The notes below the pieces were generated by a model. It worked only from the letters and a program-made list of their open reading frames with translations, ran no database searches and was not told the DNA's origin. A DNA stretch of 64,000 bases from Histomonas meleagridis 2922-C6/04-290x (taxonomy: Eukaryota; Protista; Parabasalia), in contig JAANOX010000224.1 of NCBI GenBank assembly GCA_020184695.1, positions 366,730 through 430,729 of the forward strand, in the 5' to 3' direction. This document shows positions 34,251 through 46,725 of the stretch, in pieces (positions within the stretch are counted from its first letter, which is position 1; each line of letters opens with the position of its first letter). The translations under genes and the position numbers were made by a program.

Positions 34251-36645
34251 ATGTTTCTGTTTTTCTTCCTTTCTCTAACTGAAATTACTCGTTTCAGTAC
34301 TTGGTGTAATGGCATTTCAACAGGAGATTGTGAAGCTGAACTCCAACAAACAGATAATGAATTTTCTTTTTCACATATTGGTGAAAAAGATTATTCTGTT
34401 ACATCACCTCGTATCTCATGTCAACCTGGTGATGAAGTAACTGTTACTGGCGATGTTTTTTATATAAAAGGAGATGCTAAATTTCAAATCATTCCATACG
34501 ATTTTAATAATGATCCAGATTGGTCATTTCAATCTTATCCAGTTGTTGACTCACCTGGAGGATATGCTACTTATACTAGAAAATGGATTATTCCAGGAAA
34601 TTCACGTAATTTCACATTTCGTTTTGTCGGAAGTAATATTACCAATTTTAAGTTTAAATCTATAAAGTGGGATATAACTGGTCACTACGATGCGCCCACA
34701 ATTCGAAATGTCGAACTTGAAAATTCAAACATCAAATTAACATATGATACTCTTTTATTAAATATGACAATTCATGACAAAACCACCCAACGAACTTGGA
34801 CTCAACGTAGACAAACTATTGGTGGCACTACAATAAATTTAAAAACTACCAGTAGTTCAATTTCTATTGATACAATTACACAAGATAATCTTATTCACTT
34901 TAATATTGAACTTTTAGAGGATGGCTTTCGATCTACAGTTGCTCTTGATAACAATAACTCCGAAATTCTTCCACCAGATTATCCGTTTCCATTTATCTCT
35001 TCACTTGGAGATCGTATTGTACTTCCATACTGTGAAGGCATCACACTTCCTGTTGATTTAACCGAACTTCTTGGACGTGATGAATTTTATTATAGTATTT
35101 ATAGTTTATCAATGGCATTTGTTGGTCAAACAAATGATCTAAGTTCAATGATAATAATATTTGAAACGCCTTATGATAGTTCAGTAGCCGTTGTCCGTTA
35201 TAATGAAGAATATTTATATATTAAACCACGATTTAGTCTTGAGAAAGGACGCTTTTCATATCCTCGAAAACTTCGTTATGTCTTTTTAGAAGGAAATCAT
35301 GTTTCTATAGCCAAAAGATATCGAAAATATGCGCAAGAAAAAGGATATTTAGTACCATTTACAGAGAAAATTAAAACTCGTCCAAACGTTGATAAATTAA
35401 TTGGCGCAGTTAATGTATGGACTGTTGGTAGTTTTAATATTAATAAAATCAAATTATATACCGAAATGCAATCGTTAGGAATCGAACGAATATTATCATC
35501 AGGTGGAGGATCAATCAGTGAAGTTAATTATATGAATAATAATATGACTAATATCCTTTCAAGTCGATATGATATTTATCAAGATCAAATGGATCCCGAA
35601 AATATTATCAAAGGTTATGTAAGTAATTCGACAGCATATTTTTATGATGCATTTCCTGATGATGTTATTGTTGATGAAAATAATCAAATAATTACTTCAT
35701 GGTCAGTAAATAATTTATCATGTCCAGCATGTTCAACACTTGAAGAATGTCCACGAGTTGGTTGTGCAGTATTATGTGACTTAAGAGCGCCTGAATATGC
35801 AAAGAAGAAACTTGATAAAGAAATTTCTTCTGGTTATAACTTTACAACACGATTTATTGATACGACATTTGCATCACCTTATCGTGAATGTTATCATCCA
35901 GATCATCCTATGACTCGAACAATGTCATTAGAAGCACGAATCGAACTTTTAAAAGGAATATACAAATCGTGGATTTGTTGTAGGAACAGAGAATGGTAAA
36001 GAACAAGCTATACCTAATTGCGATTTCTTTGAAGGAATGATGAGTCCTGGCGAATATAGAGTACCTAACTCTGGAAGAGATTTAGAAACAGTGTTTACTT
36101 ATGTTCCTGAAGAAACTCAATATATGGTTGATGAAACTTTACGAATTCCTTTGTTCGAACTTGTTTATCATGATTGTGTTATAAGTTATTGGTATTGGGG
36201 AGATCATAATTCGAAAGTAATTCCTCAATGGGATAAAAGAGATTTGTTTAATCGATTATATGGAACTCCTCCAATGTTTTTGTTTAATCAAACAATTTGG
36301 GAAAGATATAAAAATAGATTCGTTCAATCTTATAAAACTGCAGAAGAAATTTCTTATTTAACTGGATATTATGAAATGTCTGATCATAAATATTTGTCTG
36401 ATGATTGGAAAGTACAACAAACAGTGTTCGGTAATAATAGGGTTATTGTCACCGTAAATTTCGGTGATAAAAAATTCGGAGGTATTGAACCAATGAGTAG
36501 TACTGTCATCGTTTATACAGATGCACCTCCTTGGGCAATTGCTGTAATTGTAATTGCTGCTGTGGTAATTGATGGAATAACTTTTCTTGTCCTTTTTATA
36601 ATGAATAGAAAAAAAGGTGAAGAAAAAGACTCCAATGAAGATTAA
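34251..36645 (+). CDS. Membrane-anchored glycoside hydrolase (GH101/GH129-related), one frameshift near 35960
   Basis: Signal peptide and CBM-like N-domain; RFIDTTFASPYRECYHPDHPMTR; NRGFVVGTENG...FFEGMMS after the frame shift; IPLFELVYHDCVISYWYWGD; C-terminal TM. Confidence 0.65.
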
Positions 36646-36714
36646 AAATAATGTGATATAAATAAATATTAATATAAATGATGGAAATTTCTGTATTTAA
36701 CAGATCACATCAAT

Positions 36715-37140
36715 ATAAAACATACTTTCCACTGGTTTTCTGGTGTCTTTATTCCTGTATTTTATAATCTTCTATGTGTTACATATTTTCTTGATTTACA
36801 TCATACAATTTCAAACATTGGTTGGGGCTATAGTCTTCTTTTTATTTTATTATCACATGTGTTTCCATTGGAACACTTACAAGCATTTGTGTTATTGCCA
36901 TTAATGGAGAAATGAAAGAAGGCGGATGTTATTATTTATTATCACGTACACTTGGTCCCGAAATTGGGGCTGCCATTGGTATAACTATTGTTATAGCGCA
37001 TTCTACCTCTGTATCTCTTCGATTACATTATGTTTCTCTTCTTATCACAAATTTTTATTCGAAACCACTTTTGTCATCACTTTATTGGGATCGCGTTTTA
37101 TGGCAATTTCTTTTAATTATCTCCTTTTTCATTTAGTAAT
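36715..37140 (+). pseudogene. SLC12/amino-acid permease N-terminal fragment
   Basis: FTGFSGVFIP...NIGWG...NGEMKEGGCYYLLSRTLGPEIGAAIG; frameshifted and cut off where ankyrin locus B ends. Confidence 0.7.
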
Positions 37141-37440
37141 TTAACTATTTCTGTATATCCTTTTTCATGTGCTAACTTAAGTGCTGTATCAAATAATTTA
37201 AATATTTTCCAAATATTATTTTGAAATATCAAATTATTAAATTTTAAATAAAACAAATAAATATTTTTAGCATTAATATCAATTCCTTCTTGTTCAAGAA
37301 GTAACTTAACTATTTCGGCGTATCCAAATTCAGATGCACAAATAAGTGCTGTATCGATTAATTTACATAATTTCCAGATATTATTTTAAATTATCAAATT
37401 ATTGAAATTAATATCAAACAAAATAAATAAATATCTTTAA
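37113..37440 (-). repeat. Ankyrin array B with spacers (80 nt and 75 nt)
   Basis: Units start at 37352 and 37187 (minus strand); spacers 37432-37353 and 37262-37188; the last unit ends in TAA at 37113. Confidence 0.85.
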
Positions 37441-38270
37441 CATTAATATCAATTCCTTCTGATTTAAAAGATATTCAACGAGTTCAATGTTCCATAATTC
37501 GGGAGAGTATGCAAAAATATTTTTTGGAATTGGATTTTCTTTCAGAAAATAATTAATGAGATAAAGATTACCAATTTTTACCATATTATTGAGAATATTT
37601 TCATTTATTTTCATTCCATTTTTCTGTAAAAACATAAAAACTTCAATGTTCAAAAACATAATACATAGAGAGCCTAATTTTTTTCTATATCATCCATTTC
37701 GATAATTTTATTTTCATAAAGATAATTAAAAATATCATTTCGATGAAATTCAATTGCTGTTTCATATGCATCTTTAAATGATGAATGATTTTGTTCACAT
37801 AAATGAATAATTTCAATGTTTCCACCTGCAATTGCATATTTACCTGTGTTTTCCACTTTTGCACCATTCATAAGTAAATATTTAAAACATTTAATTGAAG
37901 AAAAAAATGCTGCATAATCAATTAATGAAACTTTGTTTTTATTAACAAATGAACATCTTTCATAAAGTGATGGTTCAATTATTTGATTAAAATCAAATTT
38001 TGGTTGTGATGTTATTTCTTGAAGTTTTTCAATTTCATCATTTCGAATTATTTTTACAATTTCATTTGGATTATGTCCTTCTTCAATATATTTCTTATGA
38101 AGTTCCCAATCATTCTTTGATAATTCTTCATAATTAGCAATGATTTGGTTAAAATAGCTAAAATTTTTTTGTTTATAAATTTCTTCTTTAGACATATAAT
38201 GGATAAAATATGGATTTTCCTGATCTTTCAATATTTTTAGATCAAGAATATTATTTTCATACATTTTCAA
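37414..38270 (-). CDS. 5'-truncated DUF3447-ankyrin gene (locus B), possibly a pseudogene
   Basis: LIDYAAFFSSIKCFKYLLMNGA...IAGGNIEIIHLCEQ; two frame shifts (near 37670 and 37460); family N-terminus missing. Confidence 0.65.
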
Positions 38271-38339
38271 AAGTGGATAATATAATTTTTGCTCGTAAAT
38301 TCCTGTGTAATTTGGATCGAGGTCAATAAATTTTGCAAA

Positions 38340-38473
38340 AAGAAGAAAATTAGTAAAATCGCCTGAACTCTGCGTCTTCCGACATTGTGTCTTTTGGCGA
38401 TATCACGCTGACTTAGACCTTCGATAATGTCAGCTTTGATCAGCTCATCAACATTGACCATTGAGTTTATCAT
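38340..38473 (-). mobile_element. Transposase-like HTH remnant
   Basis: IIEGLSQRDIAKRHNVGRRRVQAIL matches the HTH pattern of Tc1/mariner-type N-termini; no catalytic domain follows. Confidence 0.45.
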
Positions 38474-39018
38474 ATATTTTAAATGACCGAAAGAGGATGT
38501 AAAATATTGATTTATTTATTTATTATTCTGTATTTTATATGTATTTGTATACTTTACGTAAAAGTGCAAATAAAAGTGACATCAAATGACGTTAATAGCA
38601 ATAACGGCTTTTTAAAAAATATTTTGACACACTCGACTTTTTGAGATGATAAACTATTAAAAAAGTGGTGTAAATAAAAGTGAGACCTTTTCGTACCACG
38701 ACACTCCAAGTGTGTTATTTTCATCCATGTTAAAAGTAATTTTTTGAGTTTCCGACAAGTAAACTTCAAAGCAATTTTTTACAGATGCTAAGAAAGAAGA
38801 AAAAATTGATCTTTTATTAAAACTTACTTACATATGCAAGTGTATATTTCGTCACTAAAACATATTCAACAAAAATCAGAAATTTTATTTACCAAATCGT
38901 GCATTCAGGGGTCATATTAAGTTTTTTTCCTGATAGAAATTCATCTTTTCTTCGGAAGGTGCCACTCCAAAATCGCCTTCTGAATACACTCTTATTAATT
39001 CTATCAAAAGCGAATCGA

Positions 39019-40585
39019 TCATTCTGCTTTTGCGCCGTTTTCCAATATTTCCAAATTTCGTTCAGTATTTGGTGGGTTTTCTTGTTTTTTCAATTTTATA
39101 GCGACATCTAAAAATTGGAAATTTTGGTTATCGAACATAAATTGACATAACTCCAAAGCTCTTTTTTTTTTTTTGGCAACATTTCCTTTCCCATTTGCGT
39201 AAATTTTAATTAAAGTATCAATAACTTTATAGTAATTCATTTTAATTAATTCTTCACATATATCGACAGCTTTTTGTACATTTTGTTCTATTCCATTACC
39301 ATTTAAATATATTAATGCCATGTTATGCATTGCCATTGTGTCCCCTTTCTTTCTTGCCATTTCGAAATATTCTAAAGCTTTCGGAATATTTTTCATTTCT
39401 TCATCTTGTGAATAAAGTACACCTAAATTATAAATTGCATTTAAATGTCCTTTTTTAGCAGCAGCTTCATAATACTCGGATGCTTTATTTAAATCCTTTT
39501 CGACTCCTTTTCCATAATGATACATAACACCTAAATTAGTTAATGCTTGAACATGGTTATTACTTGCTGCTTTTTGATATAATTCTAAAGCTTTCTTTTT
39601 ATTTTTAGGTATTCCTTCACCTTCTTGATACATTAAAGCTAAGTTATAAGTGCAATCATCATCACCTAATTCAGAACCTTTTTCATAATAATATAATGAT
39701 TTATAAGGATCTTTTTCCCTATAAATTTCAGCTAATTTTTTCATCGAATTTAAATCACCTAATTCAGAAGCTTTCGTTAAAAGTTCGATTGATCTTTTCG
39801 GATTACGTGGCACAAAATGTCCTGGTGTATTAACTAATAAATTTGCTAAGTTATACATTGAACGTGTATGATTTTTTAAGATTGCTTCTTCATAACATTC
39901 AACAGACCTTTGAATAAGACTCGTGTTCTTCCCAATATATTCATAATATTCTCCTAACGAACATAATGCATCAGGATTCTTAGTTTTGGCTGATTCAACT
40001 AAAATTCTTCCACATTTCCCTAAATCTGGTGGAATCTCTTTGTAACCATCGCGATAAAGTATCGCAAGTCTTATTGTGCAATTAAAATACCCTTTTTCTG
40101 ATCCTGTTTCTAATAATTCAATTGCTTTTTGACAATCATAGGGAACATTTTCTCCACTTAAATATTGTAATGCAAGATTATATATAGAATGAGCAAAACC
40201 CTTTTGGTGCTGATGTTTCGAGTAACTCAATACCACGTGGAATATTTTTTGGAACCCCATTACCTACAATATAAATCATCGCTAAATTAAACATAGCTGT
40301 AAGATCGTCATTTAAGACACATTTCTCATATAAGTTGACGGCTTTTGGGATATCAATTGGATTACCTCCCAAACCGATGTGATAAATTTGTGCAAGATTA
40401 AATGATGCATCATTTATTCCTGCATCAGACCCTTTTTGGAAATATTCAACCGCTTTATTGATATCATGTTCAATACCTTCTCCTCTTAAGAATAAATTAC
40501 CAAGATCCATATATATTTGTGGATTTTCTTTTGCTTGTTCTTCAATTTGGGATAAGTTCTCTTTAATTTTAGAAAAATCAGTCAT
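39019..40585 (-). CDS. Sel1-repeat protein (split by one frameshift near 40200)
   Basis: Repeated xNLAxxYxxGxGVxxDxxKAxEYF motifs in ORFs 40178-40675 and 39019-40260; likely start MTDFSKIK at 40585. Confidence 0.9.
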
Positions 40586-40891
40586 AAAATTTTGTTTGGC
40601 AAATCTTTTTTTTATTGAATAGTTTATATATAGGATTTCAGAATGTTGTGTGATGTGATGTTTGAATTGCTTCAAAATTTACCCAAACCGTTAAAAACAA
40701 TGAAAAAGCCGATACATATCGTTAGTGAAGACAAATCATAAAAAAATGAAGAAGCAAAAACAATTAAATGATATCGAAATTCATCAATCAATAATGCAAA
40801 CCCTCTTTAGGTTGGCTAAAACAAATATTATAGAATCAGCAAATTCAATAATTGACATTTTTGATGAAAATCATTATTTAAAATATTTGAA

Positions 40892-41825
40892 ACAGCACTT
40901 ATGAAAGCATCTTCAAAAGGTCATATAGAAATAGTTAAGTTACTTCTTGAACAAGAAGGAATTGATATTAATGCTAAAAATATTTATTTGTTTTATTTGA
41001 TATTTATTTTAATAATTTTGGGATATTTCAAAATAATATTTAAAAATTATTTTAATTATTTAATACAGCACTTATTTTAGCATCTTATTATGGTCATACA
41101 GAAATAATTAAATTACTTCTTGAAAAAGAAGGAATTGATATTAATGCTAAAAATATTTATTTGTTTTATTTAAAATTTATTTTAATAATTTTGGATTTCA
41201 AAATAATATTTGGAAATTAATCCAAATATTTTATACAGCACTTATTTGTGCATCTTCAACTGGTTGTACAGAAATAGTTAGATTACTTCTTGAACAAGAA
41301 GGAATTGATATGGATGCTAAAGATATTTATTTGTTTTATTTAATATTTATTTTAATAATTTAAAAATTCAAAATAATATTTGGAAATTATTTAAATTATT
41401 TTGGACAGCACTTATGAATGCATCTTTATATGGTCATACAGAAATAGTTAAATTACTTCTTGAAAAAGAAGGAATTGATATTAATGCTAAAAATATTTAT
41501 TTGTTTTATTTAAAATTTATTTTAATAATTTTGGATTTCAAAACAATATTTGGAAATTATTTAAATTATTTGGAACAGCACTTATATTAGCATCTGAAAA
41601 AGGTCATACAGAAATAGTTAAATTTCTTCTTAAACAAAAAGGAATTGATATTAATGCTAAAAATATTTATTTGTTTTATTTAAAATTTATTTTAATAATT
41701 TTATATTTCAAAATAATATTTGAAACTTATTTAAATTATTTCAAACAGCACTTTATGTAGCATCTATACAAGGAAATGCCAAAATAATTAAACTTTTTAA
41801 TGAAAAAGTAAAACAATCAGTCTGA
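40892..41825 (+). repeat. Ankyrin array C: 6 units with 83/80-nt near-identical spacers
   Basis: Units at 40892, 41065, 41235, 41405, 41575 and 41745; the last ends in TGA at 41825; not captured by the ORF track. Confidence 0.93.
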
Positions 41826-42404
41826 TGCAAATTTTACATATACACTTTAAGAAAAAGAGTAAAATTATTTTCACAAAATTGATATATAATTAAATTTCAA
41901 TTATATATTATTAAATCATGGAACCAATTTTTAAATTTGCGTTTTCAAACTAAGTTAAGCAAATATATTTAATATGAAAAATTAATATATCTGAGATTTG
42001 CATTAAATAATTTTTTCGTTTTTTGGGATTCTTGGTGTTGAAATTGACCTTTTTTGAAGGGAATTTTATTTGTCATTTTAATATTTACCATGAATGTATG
42101 AAATGAAAACGATCACTAATTAATGATTTAATGAATTTTTGATTTTTATTAATAACTTCCTCAATTTTAAAATGAGATCAAAATCAATGTTTTGATTTCA
42201 AAAGTACTTTTACAAGTTTAAATTAAAACCATTATAACTTATAATTTATTATTTTTAAATTATATTCATAGATGTGGATATGTATGATGTTTAATCAAAA
42301 ATTTGGTTTATTCTTCTTAAAACCATGAATAAGAAAATTCACTTTTTTACGAAAAAGTTTCACCGGAAAGAAAATGAAACCGAAAATTCAAACAGAGCAC
42401 ACAA

Positions 42405-44705
42405 ATGTTTTTTCTTTTCTCTTTTGCGTATCTAGCAAAAGCAGAACCTGTTAATCCTGATTTTGAGAATGATATATTTAGTTGGATCAGTCTTTCTAAT
42501 TTTACAGACCCATTTAAAATCGATATACAAAATTTTTCACAATGGACTTCAACAAATTTAACCCATAATTTAAGTAATCTTACATATGAAATTGATATCA
42601 GCCCAAAAGAAAAAGTATCACTTACTCAAGAAATACAAAATTTACCAGATATTAATTTTACTAAAATCTATTTTTTCTTTAATTCAACAGGAGAAACAGA
42701 CCTGGTAACCGGGTCTTTAGTTTTACCAAAAGAAACGTATACTGTTTCTGCAGGTCATTCAATCAATATCACAATCACTGAAAACATAACGCAAAATATC
42801 ACAATAAGTTTAACAAACAATGGACCCAATATTTCGAATGTACTCCTTCCAGAGGTTATATTTTACACAATGGCAAGCAAAACAGATTATTCGATAACTC
42901 AAAGATCAATGGTTCTAAACCATGCTAAAGCAATCCGGTGTAGCGTGTCTCTTAATGTTAGTTTTGGTGATGTTGAAATCGAAACTGTCAGACTTCCAAA
43001 CATTCATTCAATACCAGATCCACTTCTTCCTTTAAACCAAAAATTCGAAAACGGCGAAGAGTTTTCTATTATACCTGTGCTCGCTAATGATGAAAAGATA
43101 ATCGGTTTCGATATTGAAAGTACAGAATATATTTCTTATTGGAAGGTCAAACAAGTCGACAATATGCATAGCTTTTCAATGAGAATTCGACCTTTAAAGG
43201 CGTTCAGACTTTCTTATGTTGTCATTGAGACATCTTCAACGGATTATCTTCAAGCTTTACAAATTTGGCAGCATTCGTTCAACTCTGTTTACCAAAATGA
43301 GTTTATCGGATCTTTTGTTTCTTATGGAAGTGTTCCTCTACAGATAATTGAATCATTTAATCAAGTTTTTGAGATTGGTAACTTAACAATTGCAAATGGT
43401 ATTCAGTACTTCCAATGGATTCCCGGCTTTTCTGTTAATATTTCTGCACCTCCTGAGAATTTGACTGATTGTGAAGATGAAAAATGTTTATATATCAAAA
43501 AATATGGCCGAAAAAACTCTAAATTGGAATATATTTATTCAAAAATTAATGAAACATTCTATTCATATGAGGTCAGCTTTGTAAAAGATTTATTTTTCAA
43601 CTTGTCAAATCAAACTCTTATGGAGACCGTTTATTACAATGGCTTTTTTTCTGATAAATTTGACAGTACTTTGGTTGATTATAATATTCCAACAAATGCA
43701 GAATTCCCTTTTGCTTTGCTAAAGGATACAACACCATATATACCAGTAATGACTTCATATTTTATTTTTGTAGTAAATAATTTTGAATATTCGCCAAACG
43801 GTTATTTAATGATGGGTAATTGGATTCATCCTCAATTTGCAAATTACTGTATTTCATTTGGTTTCCCTATAGCATTGTGTGGGGAAGTGTTTGATTATTC
43901 AAATGAAAAGAAAAACTCTATTTGGAAAATTCGATTTCAAATTGGTTCAAAACCAATATCACTTATAGAAACAGCCACACAAAACCATGTAGTTAATAAC
44001 TACGAACAGCTTTTCTCAGTTGCTATGTCTGTTAATGCGCATGTTAATACTCATAATCATATTATATGTGGTATTTTAGCGTATAACAATGATGTCATTT
44101 CATACAACACTGCCATGAGGAACATTGGTTCTACCATATATTATCCACGAATCCGTGAGTTTTATACCATATTATTTAATATGTCAGAGCAAATTCCACC
44201 AATGACTGACCTAGAGCATGACTATTTTGGTCTGTCAATGTACTGCAAAGAAACAGATCAAGATAATCCTCAGGAAGTCTGTTATTTAAATGTTTTGGTG
44301 AGTGTTCATAAGTACAATTCGAGTGAAACTGTCACTTTTCGTCATATAAACTTAACGTTCTCCAGCGGTTTAGTTCCAACATGTTTTCAAGTTTCGCAAG
44401 GGATAAATTGTACAACATATCAGACCTCGGTTAATATCGAATTGTCGGTAAATGAAATTCGTACGGCAACAATACAAATTGAAACCGAGATCGAAGAAGA
44501 TTTGTCAAGTTGGGTTTCAGAAAATATTCCACTCGTTATAATCGCAAGCGTGCCAATTATCGCATTGTTGGTGGGTATGGGATTCGGATTATGGTTTATG
44601 TTCTGTAAAAAGAGATCTTCAAAAGAAGCGCTTGCAAGAATTGTAAAAACGGCGAAAAGAAGAAAGAAAGAAAAAACAGAAAAAGAAAAAAATCTTTTGA
44701 CATAA
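42405..44705 (+). CDS. Type I membrane/surface protein
   Basis: N-terminal signal peptide, many N-x-S/T sites, C-terminal TM followed by a basic tail. Confidence 0.8.
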   Translation: MFFLFSFAYLAKAEPVNPDFENDIFSWISLSNFTDPFKIDIQNFSQWTSTNLTHNLSNLTYEIDISPKEKVSLTQEIQNLPDINFTKIYFFFNSTGETDLVTGSLVLPKETYTVSAGHSINITITENITQNITISLTNNGPNISNVLLPEVIFYTMASKTDYSITQRSMVLNHAKAIRCSVSLNVSFGDVEIETVRLPNIHSIPDPLLPLNQKFENGEEFSIIPVLANDEKIIGFDIESTEYISYWKVKQVDNMHSFSMRIRPLKAFRLSYVVIETSSTDYLQALQIWQHSFNSVYQNEFIGSFVSYGSVPLQIIESFNQVFEIGNLTIANGIQYFQWIPGFSVNISAPPENLTDCEDEKCLYIKKYGRKNSKLEYIYSKINETFYSYEVSFVKDLFFNLSNQTLMETVYYNGFFSDKFDSTLVDYNIPTNAEFPFALLKDTTPYIPVMTSYFIFVVNNFEYSPNGYLMMGNWIHPQFANYCISFGFPIALCGEVFDYSNEKKNSIWKIRFQIGSKPISLIETATQNHVVNNYEQLFSVAMSVNAHVNTHNHIICGILAYNNDVISYNTAMRNIGSTIYYPRIREFYTILFNMSEQIPPMTDLEHDYFGLSMYCKETDQDNPQEVCYLNVLVSVHKYNSSETVTFRHINLTFSSGLVPTCFQVSQGINCTTYQTSVNIELSVNEIRTATIQIETEIEEDLSSWVSENIPLVIIASVPIIALLVGMGFGLWFMFCKKRSSKEALARIVKTAKRRKKEKTEKEKNLLT

Positions 44706-45226
44706 ATTGTAAATAAACTGTGTTTAAATGTATATAAAGTTTTATTCTTTGTTGCGGATTGAATCTGCAAATTTTTCAAAAATGTATAAAATGTTCTATA
44801 TGAGATACACAACATAATATATATTTGTATTCATATGATTTAATATTCGAATAAAATATTAATATGATCTCGCTTACAGATAAATATGATAGAAAAATGA
44901 TTGAAGATTATATTTATGGATATTATGCAAAATCTATTTAAAGAGAAATTAATTTATTAAAAGAGAAATTAAATTTATGTATATTAAGCATAATTAAGCT
45001 TTAATTAAAGAGAAAGTTTAAACAAACAGTTCCAGGAAGAACTCACTTTGTTCAAGAAATAGTTCAAACAATAACACAAAATAAATATATAATCTTTAAA
45101 AGTACATTATATATGACATGCAAATTTATTTTAATCAAGTGATTGCGGAAAGGTTTCCCAATGATACAATTCTGGAGTGTTTGACATTTCATTATATATA
45201 TATATAATACAAATAAAACATGTTTA

Positions 45227-46177
45227 TTAACTACATTTAGTCAACTCAATTATCTTAAACAGTTGATCATTTTCGTTAATTTCGTCCAATTTCATATTTA
45301 TATTTGTTTTATTAACTATTACAGTATAAATCGGAATAGAAACCAATCTATAAATGTAACTAATTCCACAGCCAAATATTGTCATTACTATTCTCATTTT
45401 ATTACTTAAATTTTCGCTTAATTCTTTTCTTTTGATGAATCTAATTTTATCGTTTGTATACATTTTTAAACCAGTAAAACAATTCCAAAATATTTTTCTT
45501 CCTTTTTGATCAATTTTTGGTAAATGTTTTTGATACGTTTCATTATAACTTTTAATATATTCTTGAATTTCATTTGAATATGTAATGTTTAACTTAACTT
45601 GTATCCAACTGTTGTCTTCAAATGTCGGCATTTGATAAGTAGTTGTTGCATTTGTAGAATATATAATTTTTGTTGTAGCTTTACAATTATAATAGCTTTC
45701 ACCTTCAGTAAATCCTTTAAACATAATTTCGAGATAAGGAAATTGATTCATTAAATAATTTGTTTCATTTTCATATGAGTAATATGTTTCATATTTAGAA
45801 AAAACACCTTGAACAACTTCATTATCTCCTTCCTTAATGAATGTTACAAGCAAAACCAGATAGGGAAAAATACCAGAGAACATAAGCAACTCAAAAACAA
45901 GAATATTATCATAATATTGACACAAAATAATGAAAACAACAAGAAGAATTTCGGAACAATAAAGTAACCAATGCAATAAAACAAAAACAAATGGTACTTC
46001 AATGAAATCAAGATCTGAATGTTTCTTTTTGGCTTCAAGATACTTACTACGAGAAATAAAGTAAGAGCAAAAGCTCAAAATAGTGAAAAAAATCATGAGA
46101 ATGATGCTTAAAATGATTATGAATTTTCTTTTTTTTTTGTTTGTTAGAGACCTTTTTATTTCCATTAGGAGTATCAA
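45227..46177 (-). CDS. Hypothetical multi-TM protein
   Basis: 316-aa ORF with three N-terminal hydrophobic helices; true start may be slightly upstream. Confidence 0.65.
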   Translation of the reverse strand: MILLMEIKRSLTNKKKRKFIIILSIILMIFFTILSFCSYFISRSKYLEAKKKHSDLDFIEVPFVFVLLHWLLYCSEILLVVFIILCQYYDNILVFELLMFSGIFPYLVLLVTFIKEGDNEVVQGVFSKYETYYSYENETNYLMNQFPYLEIMFKGFTEGESYYNCKATTKIIYSTNATTTYQMPTFEDNSWIQVKLNITYSNEIQEYIKSYNETYQKHLPKIDQKGRKIFWNCFTGLKMYTNDKIRFIKRKELSENLSNKMRIVMTIFGCGISYIYRLVSIPIYTVIVNKTNINMKLDEINENDQLFKIIELTKCS

Positions 46178-46725
46178 TTTTTATATATTTTTTATTGTTT
46201 AATTCAGTCATTTCGATGGAATCATCCACTGACATGTTTTGACAAATTTGGAATAAAGTATTAAATTGTTTTTACAAAATTTCAATTTCAAATACCAATA
46301 AAATGCTCTAAAACAACTAAATAAGCATTAGATATTTATAAGCTAACCAAAAATGCTTAATGTTTATGAAATGCCTTCGAAAAAGTTGCAATTCGGAAAT
46401 TATATTACATTTGATTAAGAATTAAATTTAAAGTTAAAACTAAAAATCCATTTCATGTTTGACTGGTGACGCTTAATTCCAAAATATTTCTAAATCTAAA
46501 AAAACATCTTATTCAAATTGTTCAAAAAACAAAAATTTATTATAAGCGTTACAGTACTGTGAAAGGCAAATCAAAAAAAGTTTTATAAATGAAATCAACT
46601 CTTAAACCAGAATAAGAAATTTGTTGGATCATTCACAGGGGTGACCTGGATTTTGATCTCCGCGTCACTTTTTGACCTTGGTTTATAATGTAAAGTTAAT
46701 AAATCATCGATCACATCACCAACGT

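Noticed and set aside
35940-40260. Programmed ribosomal frameshifting in the GH and Sel1 genes
   Set aside because: The shifts lie at short homopolymers with no shared slippery or stop motif; sequencing error is simpler.
40892-41825. CRISPR-like array
   Set aside because: The conserved part is protein-coding ankyrin sequence, the period is 170 nt, there are no cas genes, and the context is eukaryotic.
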